NCBI RefSeq assembly: GCF_000297495.1
Contig: NZ_ALWX01000068.1
Location: 1-64,000 of the forward strand
Source of the DNA: Janibacter hoylei PVAS-1
GTDB lineage: Bacteria; Actinomycetota; Actinomycetes; Actinomycetales; Dermatophilaceae
DNA length: 64,000 nucleotides
Direction: 5' to 3'
Position 1 is the first letter of the stretch; each line of letters begins with the position of its first letter. Under the pieces are notes generated by a model. The model had not been told where the DNA came from. It did not search any database and saw only the letters and a list, made by a program, of their open reading frames with translations. Shown here in pieces: positions 8,560 to 19,064 of this stretch. The translations under genes and the position numbers were made by a program.

Positions 8560-10050
8560 TCAGCCAGCGTCGACGAAAAGGGGCCGCGACGCCTCACCCG
8601 AGGCCAGCACCTCACCCATCGTGCGGTACTCACCCCGCGCGAGCACCTCGTCGAGCTTCGCCTGGTCGACGAGGTGCGCCGACTGCAGCTCACCACCGGC
8701 GAACTGCAGCAGCGACCCGACCGGCAGCGCCAGGTAGGGGCCAAAGGTGCGGTCGCACGCCTGCAGCTCGCCCGCGTCGATGTTGCGCAGCGCGCGCTCC
8801 TCGTCGGTCTGGGCCGACGGTGTGACGATCGACCACCCGGACCGCCGCGTGCCGTCGGTGAGGGTGTCCGTGCCGGGATCGAGCTCGTAGCGCTCCATGA
8901 TGAAGGCGCTGGGCTCACCCAGGACGATCGCGTCGAGCGCGGCCGACTGGATCGCGATGGTCTCGGTGGCCCTGACCGGCGCCGCGTCGACGCCTGCCTG
9001 GCGAGCCTTTTGCACCTGCTCGACCTGCCAGATGAGGGCGCCGGTGAGGTCGTCGGTCGTCCTCTCCCGATAGGCCTCGGGAGAGGAGAAGTCCGGCGTC
9101 GTGACGAGGAGGACGCCCCCTTCGTCCGTGGCCTCGAGCGTGTACGGCGCATACGACATCTGCAGCCGGGCGCCCGGCTCCAGCGGACCGGCCGCGCCGG
9201 CGGCGAAGGCCATGAGGACGCTGCCGGCGAGCGGCGCGAGCTGCGGGTGGGTCCGCGCGCGCAGGGTCACGCCGTCGACGACCTCTTCGATCGTCTCGGT
9301 GGTGGGTGCCGCCGGGCTCCTCTCGCCGATGGGAGCGCCCGCGCCGCGACCGTCGGCGTCGAGCAGTTGCCGGTCCGCATCGGTGACGGTGCCATCGGCG
9401 GACCGCGTCGCCCAGGCGCCGACGAAGCGGCCGCCGGCGACCCGCGCCACCGTCCCCGTGGGCAGCGTGAGCAGGGGCACGAGGTAGGGGGCCGACTGCA
9501 CGAGCAGCCCGGCGAGGACCTCAACCTCCTTGTTGCGCAGGAAGGACTTCTCGGCCGTGCGCACCAGCCAGCCGGAGTCGTCCTCCGACGTCGACGGGCG
9601 CCGCACGAGGACGAGCTCGTCGGTCCGGCCCTTTTCGACCACCGTCAGGGCCGCCTTGGTGAAGTGCACCCGCATCGACAGGTCGATCTCCTCGCCGTCG
9701 ACGTCCGCGCGGCTGAGCACGTCCGCCTGGGCGGCCTCGATCCACAGCGCGAGCGTCAGGTCGTCGGTCGTGGCGTCGACGAAGTCTTCCGCCGCGTAGT
9801 CCGGCGCCGTGATCGCGAACTGCGTCTCCCGGTCCTGCCGCAGCTGCCAGAAGGTGAAGCCCACACCGGTCCGCAGCCGGTCGCGGGTCTCGCCGGCCTC
9901 CTGGTAGCGGCGGTAGCGGTCGACGACCGGCCGGGCGAAGGGAGCCACCTCACCCGCGCAGCGCAGCGTCGCCACGGTGCCACCACCGAGGTCGACGGCG
10001 GGCTGGGGCTCGGGCTGGGTCGACGGGAGGGGGAGCGGGAAGGTCGTCAT
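8560..10050 (-). CDS. Hypothetical protein (496 aa) with internal ~150-aa repeats.
   Basis: Repeated motif 'SGW.V.T.....L.N.....L......PYL.LP.G'. No recognisable catalytic motifs. Confidence 0.5.
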   Translation of the reverse strand: MTTFPLPLPSTQPEPQPAVDLGGGTVATLRCAGEVAPFARPVVDRYRRYQEAGETRDRLRTGVGFTFWQLRQDRETQFAITAPDYAAEDFVDATTDDLTLALWIEAAQADVLSRADVDGEEIDLSMRVHFTKAALTVVEKGRTDELVLVRRPSTSEDDSGWLVRTAEKSFLRNKEVEVLAGLLVQSAPYLVPLLTLPTGTVARVAGGRFVGAWATRSADGTVTDADRQLLDADGRGAGAPIGERSPAAPTTETIEEVVDGVTLRARTHPQLAPLAGSVLMAFAAGAAGPLEPGARLQMSYAPYTLEATDEGGVLLVTTPDFSSPEAYRERTTDDLTGALIWQVEQVQKARQAGVDAAPVRATETIAIQSAALDAIVLGEPSAFIMERYELDPGTDTLTDGTRRSGWSIVTPSAQTDEERALRNIDAGELQACDRTFGPYLALPVGSLLQFAGGELQSAHLVDQAKLDEVLARGEYRTMGEVLASGEASRPLFVDAG

Positions 10051-10086
10051 GAGCGACAGCCTTGCGGCCCCGGCGACCCGCGTACA

Positions 10087-10116
10087 GGGGGAGCGCTCCC
10101 CGCATGTTGGCTGAGG
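10087..10116 (-). promoter_or_regulatory. Perfect 14-bp palindrome GGGGAGCGCTCCCC plus a CTGAGG box, 37 bp upstream of the 8560..10050 gene.
   Basis: The same composite motif recurs upstream of the SPFH operon at 22247-22278. Confidence 0.45.
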
Positions 10117-10726
10117 TGCGACGAAGGAGCCTCGAAGCCATTCGACCCCCGAGCGTTGTCGGTGGCCGCACCTGGTGTTGACCTCGTCGGTGGAGGACGA
10201 AGGGGAGTGGCGATGAGTGATCTGACGAAGAGCACGAGCAGCGGCCTCGGTGCGGGCCAGCTGGCCGAACTGACCCTGCGGGGTCTAGAGCAGTGGCGGA
10301 GCGCGCCCGGCAAGAGTCACTGCGCACCGGTGGCTCCGGCCCCGGGTGGCCGGGTCGGAGATCCTGCCCGACGATGCGGTGACCGGCTGGACCGGGGCCC
10401 GCACCCCGAGTGGTGACTCGACGAGCTGCTCTAGGGCGTCAGCCGCGACCTCGTCCCTTGTTGCGCAGCGGCAGGGTGAAGCGGTCGAGGTCCTGCCCGA
10501 TCGTCACCTTGCCGCGGTAGCCCTTCTGCGCATCGCGGCGGCATTGGTTCTTGTCGACCTTGGCCGCGCCGAGCCCGGCCCCCCTTCACGCCGATCGCCT
10601 CGTGCACGAGCAGGTCCGTGCGCTCGGCCATTTCGATGAGGCCCTGGTGATGTGGGGGCAGGACGTGGCTGTCGGAGGGCGACGCGCTGCACCTGATCTG
10701 AACCATGATTCACATATAGTGGACCC

Positions 10727-11035
10727 ATGATCAACGTCGTCGCCCGCATCTCCGCCAAGCCCGAGTCCACCGACGCCGTCGAGGCCGCCGTCGCCGCGGC
10801 CCGCGGCACATTCCTCGCCGACGAGGGGTGTCTGCGCTACGACCTCCAGCGCGTCGCCAAGAGCGAGGGTGACTACATCCTCCTCGAGGCCTACGACTCC
10901 ACGGAGGCGCTGAAGCGGCACGGCGAGATGGACGCCTTCGCTGACTTCAGCCAGGCCGTCGCGCCGCACCTGCTCGCTCAGCCCGAGGTCATCGTGCTCT
11001 CGCCCGTCGGTGACCAGGTCGATCTCGCGGTCTGA
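10727..11035 (+). CDS. Antibiotic biosynthesis monooxygenase (ABM/Dabb) domain protein.
   Basis: 102 aa, 'MINVVARISAKPES...YILLEAYDSTEALKRHGE', the typical ABM fold. Confidence 0.7.
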   Translation: MINVVARISAKPESTDAVEAAVAAARGTFLADEGCLRYDLQRVAKSEGDYILLEAYDSTEALKRHGEMDAFADFSQAVAPHLLAQPEVIVLSPVGDQVDLAV

Positions 11036-11039
11036 GGTC

Positions 11040-11300
11040 AGCCGCGCCTGGCCCGTTCGGCGAAGACGTCGAGCGCCGACGTCACCTGCGGAGCCGCCCA
11101 CCCGACGTCGACGCTGCAGGCCCACCGCCTTGGTGACGACGCCAGCGTCACGCCGGCGCGCGATGACGGCGTCTACGGCCGGCTGTGACAGACCCAACTC
11201 GCGCTGAACCATCGCCGATGTGATCGCTGGCTGCCGAAAGAGCAGCGCCGGCCAGATCGCCACCGTCCGGCGGGCCCAGATCGCCGACACCCAGCCCTCT
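11040..11300 (-). pseudogene. Remnant of a small HTH transcriptional regulator.
   Basis: 'ITSAMVQRELGLSQPAVDAVIARRRDAGVVTK' is a winged-helix HTH. It has no clean start and shifts frame before a stop at ~11038. Confidence 0.3.
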
Positions 11301-11308
11301 GGATCTCG

Positions 11309-11632
11309 ATGAGGTCGCCGTCCCGGTGTGTCATGTACCAGCAGGCGCAGGAGGGCGGCGACTTCGAGTACCTGCCGGGGCTGCGCTCCGGCGACGACGA
11401 GAACCATCCGAGCGTCCAACGAGTGCTGCAGGGAGACCGGACCAGCCTGCAGGTCCTGCCCAGTGCTGCCGGCACCCTGGCCTTCTTCCGCGGCGAGTGG
11501 GCCCTGCACCGGGTGACCCCGATCAGGGGTACGAGGCCACGGATCAACTCTGTCCTCACCTGCGGTGAGCGTCCCGACATGGTGCTCAACGATCTGACCT
11601 CCGAGTTGTTCTACGGCCGCACGTCGACCTGA
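11309..11632 (+). pseudogene. C-terminal fragment of a 2OG-Fe(II) oxygenase-like protein (N-terminus absent).
   Basis: 'GDFEYLPGLR...GTLAFFRGEWALHRVTPIRG' retains the distal His of the jelly-roll. The upstream half would overlap the ABM gene, so this is a gene remnant. Confidence 0.4.
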
Positions 11633-11635
11633 GCG

Positions 11636-12661
11636 TCACGCCCCCCAGCCCACAAGCAGGACCAGCGCCAGCGAGGTGCCTGCGGCGATGATCGTCGAGA
11701 TCGTCGCGAGGGTGAGCACCTGCAGCGGCAGCGGCCACAGGTCACGGGCGCGGATGCCCATGCCGAGGCCGTACATGCCGGCCGCGAGCAGCAGCGTCGT
11801 CAGCACATCGGCGACCGACAGGACCCCCTGCGGCAGCAGGCCGCTCGTGCGGACCGCGACGGCGACGACGAAGGCGACGATGAACCACGGCACAAGGGGG
11901 GTGGTCGCTCCCTTCGCCCCGGGGGTGGTGCGGGCGAGCACGGCCGACAGCGGTGCGAGCAGGGCGACCCGGCCGAGCTTGACCGTCATGGCCAGCGCCA
12001 CGGCGGACGTGCCGATGAGCGAGCCCGCCGCGGCCACCTGCGCGACCTCGTGGATGCTCGCGCCGGCCCAGATCGCCGCCTGCTCATCGCTCAGGCCGAT
12101 GACTCCCGCGAGCCACGGCACGGCGGCGATCATCGCCGAGCCATAGAGGGTGACCATGGCGACGGCCAGGGCCACGTGCTGCTGCCTGGCCCGGACGGTG
12201 TCCTCGACGGCGGCGATCGCCGCGGCGCCGCAGATCGAAAATCCCGTGGCGATGAGCAGGACCAGCCCCTCCTCGAGGCCGAGGCGACGACCGATGTATC
12301 GCGTCCCCGTGAAGGTCGCGAGCACCGTGACCGCGATGACGACGAGCCCGCTCGGGCCGATCGAGACGATGTCGGCGAAGGGGAGGCGCAGCCCGAGCGC
12401 GGCCACGCCCAGCCGGAGGAGGAACTTCGTGGCGGCGTCGTGACCGGCGATGGCCGGGAGGGTGCCCAGGCGGCTGTTGACCACGACCGCGCCGATGGCC
12501 AGGGCGATGAGCAGGGGGCCGAGCAGCGGGACCACCGTGCTCAGGGCCAACGCCGTTGCGGCAGCGGCCAGCGGCGCGACGAGCGTCGCTGCCGACCGTC
12601 GCTCCCTGAGGAGCTTGCGCAGCAAGCGTCTCGAAGGGGGCCGTCCGGTCATCGTCTGCAT
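11636..12661 (-). CDS. yeiH: YeiH/UPF0324 family membrane protein (putative sulfate exporter).
   Basis: Polytopic membrane protein. Divergent from a LysR regulator, the classic yeiE-yeiH arrangement. Start taken at the internal ATG (MQTMTGRPP). Confidence 0.7.
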   Translation of the reverse strand: MQTMTGRPPSRRLLRKLLRERRSAATLVAPLAAAATALALSTVVPLLGPLLIALAIGAVVVNSRLGTLPAIAGHDAATKFLLRLGVAALGLRLPFADIVSIGPSGLVVIAVTVLATFTGTRYIGRRLGLEEGLVLLIATGFSICGAAAIAAVEDTVRARQQHVALAVAMVTLYGSAMIAAVPWLAGVIGLSDEQAAIWAGASIHEVAQVAAAGSLIGTSAVALAMTVKLGRVALLAPLSAVLARTTPGAKGATTPLVPWFIVAFVVAVAVRTSGLLPQGVLSVADVLTTLLLAAGMYGLGMGIRARDLWPLPLQVLTLATISTIIAAGTSLALVLLVGWGA

Positions 12662-12719
12662 GACCACCACGGTGCCCGTCATCGAGGCCGTCCAGTAGAC
12701 CCCGGTTACGCCACAGGTC

Positions 12720-12734
12720 ATAGTCTTTGGCTAT
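12720..12734. promoter_or_regulatory. LysR-type T-N11-A box ATAGTCTTTGGCTAT in the yeiH/lysR divergent intergenic region.
   Basis: Dyad ATAG-N7-CTAT overlapping the lysR start. Confidence 0.45.
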
Positions 12735-13623
12735 GGCTGAGCTGCCCGACCTCGACATCGAGACCCTCCGGCTGGTCGTCGCCGTGGACGACACCGGGAG
12801 CCTGAGTGCGGCCGCTCGGGCGCGCGGGCTGAGCCAGCCGTCGGCGAGCGCCCGGGTGCGGGCCTTCGAGGCGCGCTGGCAGCTGACCCTGCTCGACCGC
12901 ACCCCCCGAGGCTCGAGGCTGACCACCGACGGTCAGGCCGTCGTGGCCTGGGCACGGCAGGTGCTGCGCGAGGCCGACACGATGCGCTCGGGTCTGGCCG
13001 CGCTGCGCGGGGCCAGGCGGGGCGAGGTGAGCGTCGCCGCGAGCCTGACGATCGCCGAGCACATCCTGCCGCGCTGGCTCGGCGAGCTGCGTGAGCGGCT
13101 CGAGGTCCACCCGCAGCTGCACGTCGTCAACAGCGACCGGGTGGCCGACATGGTCCGCAGCCGGCTCGTCGACATCGGCTTCGTCGAGACGACGATGACA
13201 ACCCCGGGTCTCGAGCACCGCGTCGTCGGCACCGACCGGCTCGTCGTCGTGGTGCCACCCGGTCACGCGTGGGCGCGCCGGCGCTCCCCGCTGACCGCGC
13301 CCGCACTCGGCGCGGCCGAGTGGGTGCTGCGCGAGGAGGGCAGCGGGACCCGCAGCACCTTCGAGCGGGCGCTCGGGCGGCGGCCGACGGTCGCGCTGCA
13401 GGCGGGCTCGACCGCCGCGCTCCTCGGCGCCGTCCGTGCCGGCCTCGGGCCGGCGGTCGTGTCGGAGCGGGCCGTCGCCGCCGAGGTGGACACCGGAGCA
13501 CTGGTCGTCGTGCCGACGACCCTCGACCTCGACCGTCCACTGACAGCGGTGTGGCGCAAGGGTGCTCGAATGAGCACCGCGACGGCGACCCTGCTCGCCG
13601 TTGCCACGGACTCGGCGGGCTGA
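12733..13623 (+). CDS. LysR-family transcriptional regulator.
   Basis: N-terminal HTH 'LRLVVAVDDTGSLSAAARARGLSQPSASARVRAFE' plus a substrate-binding domain. Confidence 0.85.
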   Translation: MAELPDLDIETLRLVVAVDDTGSLSAAARARGLSQPSASARVRAFEARWQLTLLDRTPRGSRLTTDGQAVVAWARQVLREADTMRSGLAALRGARRGEVSVAASLTIAEHILPRWLGELRERLEVHPQLHVVNSDRVADMVRSRLVDIGFVETTMTTPGLEHRVVGTDRLVVVVPPGHAWARRRSPLTAPALGAAEWVLREEGSGTRSTFERALGRRPTVALQAGSTAALLGAVRAGLGPAVVSERAVAAEVDTGALVVVPTTLDLDRPLTAVWRKGARMSTATATLLAVATDSAG

Positions 13624-13908
13624 GCCACCCCTCGTCCCCCGGCGACGGGTAGCGGCACCGTGGCGTAGGCGGCGCACCCCGCCCACGGTGGCCGGACCAG
13701 GACAGCACTGCGGTGGGCTGCCCGGATCGCCGGCGGGCTCGTGGCCCTCCTCGTGTTCCTCCACCTCGCGCAGGGAGTCGTCGACACCCCTCAGATCGCT
13801 GGCGCAGGACGACGCCCGCGAGATGGTCACCCGCCTCGAGACTGCGAGCTGCAGCACGTCGACGAAGCGGCCATGCCGTAGCGGTCGACGACCTGCGAGA
13901 CTCGTGCG

Positions 13909-14559
13909 ATGACGACCCCGCCCGACCTCGAGACCCTCATGTCATCGATCCGGCAGGGCCGGGTCCGCGTCGGCCCACGCACGCGCGCGATCGCGCTGCT
14001 CCTGCACGGCGGTCGTGCCGACGCGACCCAGCCCCGGCGCCATCGCGACATCTCCTACCTGCGCATGCTCCCCTTCGTCACCGCGGTGACCCGAGCCGCC
14101 CGCGGCCGGGTCGCCCCCGTACTCGTGCACAACAGCGACGGGGGATGGGTCGCCCCCTCCGGCAGCGGCCTGCTCCAGACCCGCGAGATCGTCCGCCGCC
14201 TCCACGAGGAGCACGGTCGCCCCGTCGTCCTGCTCGGCCACTCCAGCGGTGGCTGGGCGGCGCTGCGCTGCGGCGGGCAGGACGCGGTGATCGGCAGCGT
14301 CGCCCTCGCGCCCTGGGTGGGTGAGGACGAGACCTACGAGCACCTGCACGATCGGGTCGTTCGGGTGATCCACGGCGAGGCCGACGACGTGTGCAGCCCC
14401 CAACGCTCCCGGGAGCTCGTCGAGCGGCTGCGCGCCGAGGGTGCCGACGCGACCTGGGACGGTGTACCCGGTGGCGGCCACGCGCTGATGGACCGCCCGT
14501 GGAGGTGGCACCGGCTTGCTGCCGACGCCGTGCTCGACGTCGTCGAGCGACGCACCTGA
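13909..14559 (+). CDS. Alpha/beta hydrolase.
   Basis: Nucleophile elbow 'LLGHSSGGWAAL', with the acid and His near the C-terminus. Confidence 0.7.
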   Translation: MTTPPDLETLMSSIRQGRVRVGPRTRAIALLLHGGRADATQPRRHRDISYLRMLPFVTAVTRAARGRVAPVLVHNSDGGWVAPSGSGLLQTREIVRRLHEEHGRPVVLLGHSSGGWAALRCGGQDAVIGSVALAPWVGEDETYEHLHDRVVRVIHGEADDVCSPQRSRELVERLRAEGADATWDGVPGGGHALMDRPWRWHRLAADAVLDVVERRT

Positions 14560-14571
14560 GCACCACGACAT

Positions 14572-14618
14572 GACGAAGGGGGCGGACCGGCCGGTCCGGC
14601 CGGTCCGCCCCCTTCGCC
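14572..14618 (+). terminator. Intrinsic terminator-like hairpin with a perfect 20-bp stem.
   Basis: GAAGGGGGCGGACCGGCCGG-t-CCGGCCGGTCCGCCCCCTTC lies 13 bp after the hydrolase stop. It shares GACGAAGGGGG/CCCCCTTCG ends with the hairpins at 19011 and 61849. Confidence 0.6.
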
Positions 14619-14689
14619 CTCGTCGACTACCGGTCGAGGTCGACGTCACGCGTCTCCTTGGTGAGGATCCCGGTCACGACCTGGGCACG

Positions 14690-14983
14690 ATGCGGGCGAT
14701 CGCGTCGGAGGACCGGCCGGATCACTTCGTGCCGTCCTACGTCGACCCGCTGACCCAGCAGGACCTCGTCGTCACCGACGACAGCATCGGTCGGGCGCGG
14801 GACTACTGGCTGGCCGGCACGGGGCTGGAGGGGTGGCAGCAGGTCCAGTACGTGCCGGTGCCGCTCCGGGTCCTCCAGTCCGACGGATCCTTCTCCCCGG
14901 CGCGTCGCACGAGCTGGGGCTATGTCATCGCGCGCAACGGCGACGACGAGCGGTGGCGCCTCGTCGACCAGGGCGTCGGCTGA
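14690..14983 (+). CDS. Hypothetical protein (98 aa).
   Basis: ORF with good codon usage. The first in-frame ATG after the terminator hairpin was used. Confidence 0.3.
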   Translation: MRAIASEDRPDHFVPSYVDPLTQQDLVVTDDSIGRARDYWLAGTGLEGWQQVQYVPVPLRVLQSDGSFSPARRTSWGYVIARNGDDERWRLVDQGVG

Positions 14984-15043
14984 GTCACCGCACCTTTCGT
15001 CGACGCCGACCTCGTGGCAGACTCCGCCTAGACAACAAATTGA

Positions 15044-17080
<2,037 letters not shown>

Positions 17081-17084
17081 TCGC

Positions 17085-17858
17085 ATGACCACGCCACCGC
17101 GGCGCTACGTCGCCATCGGCGACAGTCTGTCCGAGGGCATCGGCGACGAGCCGTGGCCCGACGGCACACCGCGCGGCTGGACCGACCGGCTCGCCGAACT
17201 GCTCGGCGCCCACCACGGCGAAGTCGACTACGCCAACCTCGCCGTGCGTGGGCAGCGTGCCCACGAGGTGCTCGCGACGCAGGTCGAGGCGGCGCTGGCG
17301 ATGGAGCCCGACGTCGTCACGCTCACCGCGGGCATGAACGACCTGCTGCGCCCGCGCTTCGAGCCCGACCGGCTGCGCGCGACGCTCGCCGACGTCGTCG
17401 CCCCCTTCACGGCGAAGGGGGCGCGCCTCGTCGTCGTGCCGATCCCCGACATCCGGTCGGTCTCGCCCGCGGGCCGGCTCCTCGCGCGACGGCGGGTCGT
17501 GCTCAACGAGATCTACACGTGGCTGTCCAGAAAGCACGGCATGGAGCCGCCTGCGGTGACGACGGGGACGATCTTCGAGGACCGGCGGGCGTGGGCCGAC
17601 GACCGGCTGCACCTGTCGCCGCTCGGGCACGAGCGCCTGGCGATGGCCGCCGCGGACGTGCTCGGGGTGCCGGACGTCGATGCGTGGGGCGTTGTGCCGC
17701 AAGGGGATCCGCCGCGTCGCTCACTTCGCTCGGAGGCGGCGTGGGCGCGCCGCCACCTCGGGCCGTGGGTGGGCCGGCGGCTCACCGGACGCTCGTCCGG
17801 CGACGGGGTCGTGGCCAAGCGGCCCGAGCTCACTGGCTGGCAGCAGCCGCCTGCTTGA
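17085..17858 (+). CDS. SGNH/GDSL hydrolase.
   Basis: 'YVAIGDSLSEG' GDSL block near the N-terminus. Confidence 0.7.
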   Translation: MTTPPRRYVAIGDSLSEGIGDEPWPDGTPRGWTDRLAELLGAHHGEVDYANLAVRGQRAHEVLATQVEAALAMEPDVVTLTAGMNDLLRPRFEPDRLRATLADVVAPFTAKGARLVVVPIPDIRSVSPAGRLLARRRVVLNEIYTWLSRKHGMEPPAVTTGTIFEDRRAWADDRLHLSPLGHERLAMAAADVLGVPDVDAWGVVPQGDPPRRSLRSEAAWARRHLGPWVGRRLTGRSSGDGVVAKRPELTGWQQPPA

Positions 17859-18212
17859 TCGCCTCGAAGCGCTCAGCCATCCGGGCGGCGAGGGCCTGCG
17901 AGGCCTTGAGCGGGCGGGTCATGACCATGAACTCGGTGACCTTGCCCTCGTCGTCGAGAGTGAGGAAGTCGCAGCCGGTGATCTCGAGCCCGTCGACCGT
18001 GGCCTCGAGACATAGGCCTCCTCCGACCCGTCACGCAGCTGGCGCACGTAGCGGAAGTCCTCGAAGACCTCCACGACCTCGCGCAGGATCGCGCTCGTGA
18101 TCGCCTTGCCGGGGTAGGGGGTGTGGGCGACCGGGCTGCGGAAGACGACGTCCTCCGCGAGCAGCTCGTCCACCGCGTCGAGGTCCTTGGCTTCCACTGC
18201 GTCTCGGAACAT
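17830..18212 (-). CDS. NTF2/SnoaL-like small protein, with one internal frameshift (~18010).
   Basis: N-terminal part 'MFRDAVEAKDLDAVDELLAEDVVFRSPVAHTPYPGK'. C-terminal part in the other frame is '...LEATVDGLEITGCDFLTLDDEGKVTEFMVMTRPLKA...'. Its 3' end overlaps the GDSL gene 3' end by ~28 bp. Confidence 0.5.
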
Positions 18213-18315
18213 GCAGCCAACCTACTCAACAAAGTGAATAAGAGGAACCTCTCGGTCCCTGAGGAGGGAGGCCGTCCGCGGCCGACTGTCTCGAAGGGAC
18301 GCCTACCATCACCCC

Positions 18316-18876
18316 ATGGCCCTCCAGGACGCGATCCTCACCGCACTCGCCCACGACGAGTCCTCCGGCTACGACCTGGCCAAGGCCTTCGACGTGTCCG
18401 TCGCCAACTACTGGACCGCGAGCCCGCAGCAGCTCTACCGCGAGCTGGACAAGATGGAGGATGCGGGGCTGGTCACCGCGCGCACCGTCGCCCAGCCCAA
18501 GCGGCCGGACAAGCGGGTCTTTCGCCTGACGTCGGCGGGGCGCAAGGCGTTGCGGGCGCACACCCTTCGCTCGCCCAAGCCCTTGGCCGTCCGCGACGAG
18601 CTGCTCGTACAGGTCGCGGCGCTCGAGTCCGGTGACCCCGAGGCGATCCGCGAGCACGTCGTCGAGCGGATGGAGGCCTTCGAGGCGAAGCTCGCGATCT
18701 ACCGCCTCGTCGAGGAGCGGACCCTCGCCGGCCGCACCGAGGAGGAGTTCCTCGCGTCGGGCGAGCCGGTCGGGCAGTACCTCACCCTGCTGCGGGGGAT
18801 CAGCTTCGAGGAGGAAAACCTGCGCTGGGGCCGGCGGGTGCTCGCCGTCCTCGACGCTCGCTCGACCACCGACTGA
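18316..18876 (+). CDS. PadR-family transcriptional regulator.
   Basis: 'ILTALAHDESSGYDLAKAF......WTASPQQLYRELDKMEDAGLV' winged helix. Confidence 0.85.
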   Translation: MALQDAILTALAHDESSGYDLAKAFDVSVANYWTASPQQLYRELDKMEDAGLVTARTVAQPKRPDKRVFRLTSAGRKALRAHTLRSPKPLAVRDELLVQVAALESGDPEAIREHVVERMEAFEAKLAIYRLVEERTLAGRTEEEFLASGEPVGQYLTLLRGISFEEENLRWGRRVLAVLDARSTTD

Positions 18877-18881
18877 CCCCC

Positions 18882-19000
18882 TGCGCATTTCCCTAGGGAA
18901 ATGCGCACGCTTCCCGTATTTCCCTAGGGAAATGCGCACCCCGGCCGTATTTGCCTAGGGAAATGCGCACCCCTGCCGTATTTGCCTAGGGAAATGCGCA
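18882..19000. repeat. Four tandem copies (~31-bp period) of a 24-bp palindromic element (GCGCA)TTTCCCTAGGGAAATGCGCA.
   Basis: Copies at 18882-18907, 18915-18938, 18946-18969 and 18977-19000. The core TTTCCCTAGGGAAA is a perfect palindrome. A fifth copy, CGCATTTACCTAGGGAAATGCG, is at 34249-34270. The array sits in the convergent PadR/SPFH intergenic region. Confidence 0.8.
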
Positions 19001-19010
19001 GGCCCGGGCA

Positions 19011-19055
19011 TGACGAAGGGGGCCGCCCCGGTCTCCCGGCGCGGCCCCCTTCGGT
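19011..19055. terminator. Hairpin GAAGGGGGCCGCCCCGG...CCGGCGCGGCCCCCTTC (GACGAAGGGGG family).
   Basis: Lies between the repeat array and the 3' end of the minus-strand SPFH gene. It can terminate either convergent transcript. Confidence 0.55.
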
Positions 19056-19064
19056 CGGGTGTCG

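Noticed and set aside
10211-10414. 68-aa ORF 'MSDLTKSTSSGLGAGQLAELTLRGLEQW...' with AGGGGAG upstream, in the promoter region of the 496-aa gene.
   Set aside because: No homology signal, low complexity at the C-terminal end, and it overlaps the putative operator region. It is kept only as a low-probability small ORF.
14516-14689. The N-terminal extension 'MTKGADRPVRPVRPLRP...' of ORF 14516-14983.
   Set aside because: It is encoded by the perfect terminator hairpin GAAGGGGGCGGACCGGCCGG/CCGGCCGGTCCGCCCCCTTC, which is not coding.
18882-19000. Possible CRISPR array (four regularly spaced repeats).
   Set aside because: The repeats are 24-bp perfect palindromes separated by only ~7 bp. There are no unique spacers of phage-like length and no cas genes. 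They are better explained as REP/BIME-like elements.
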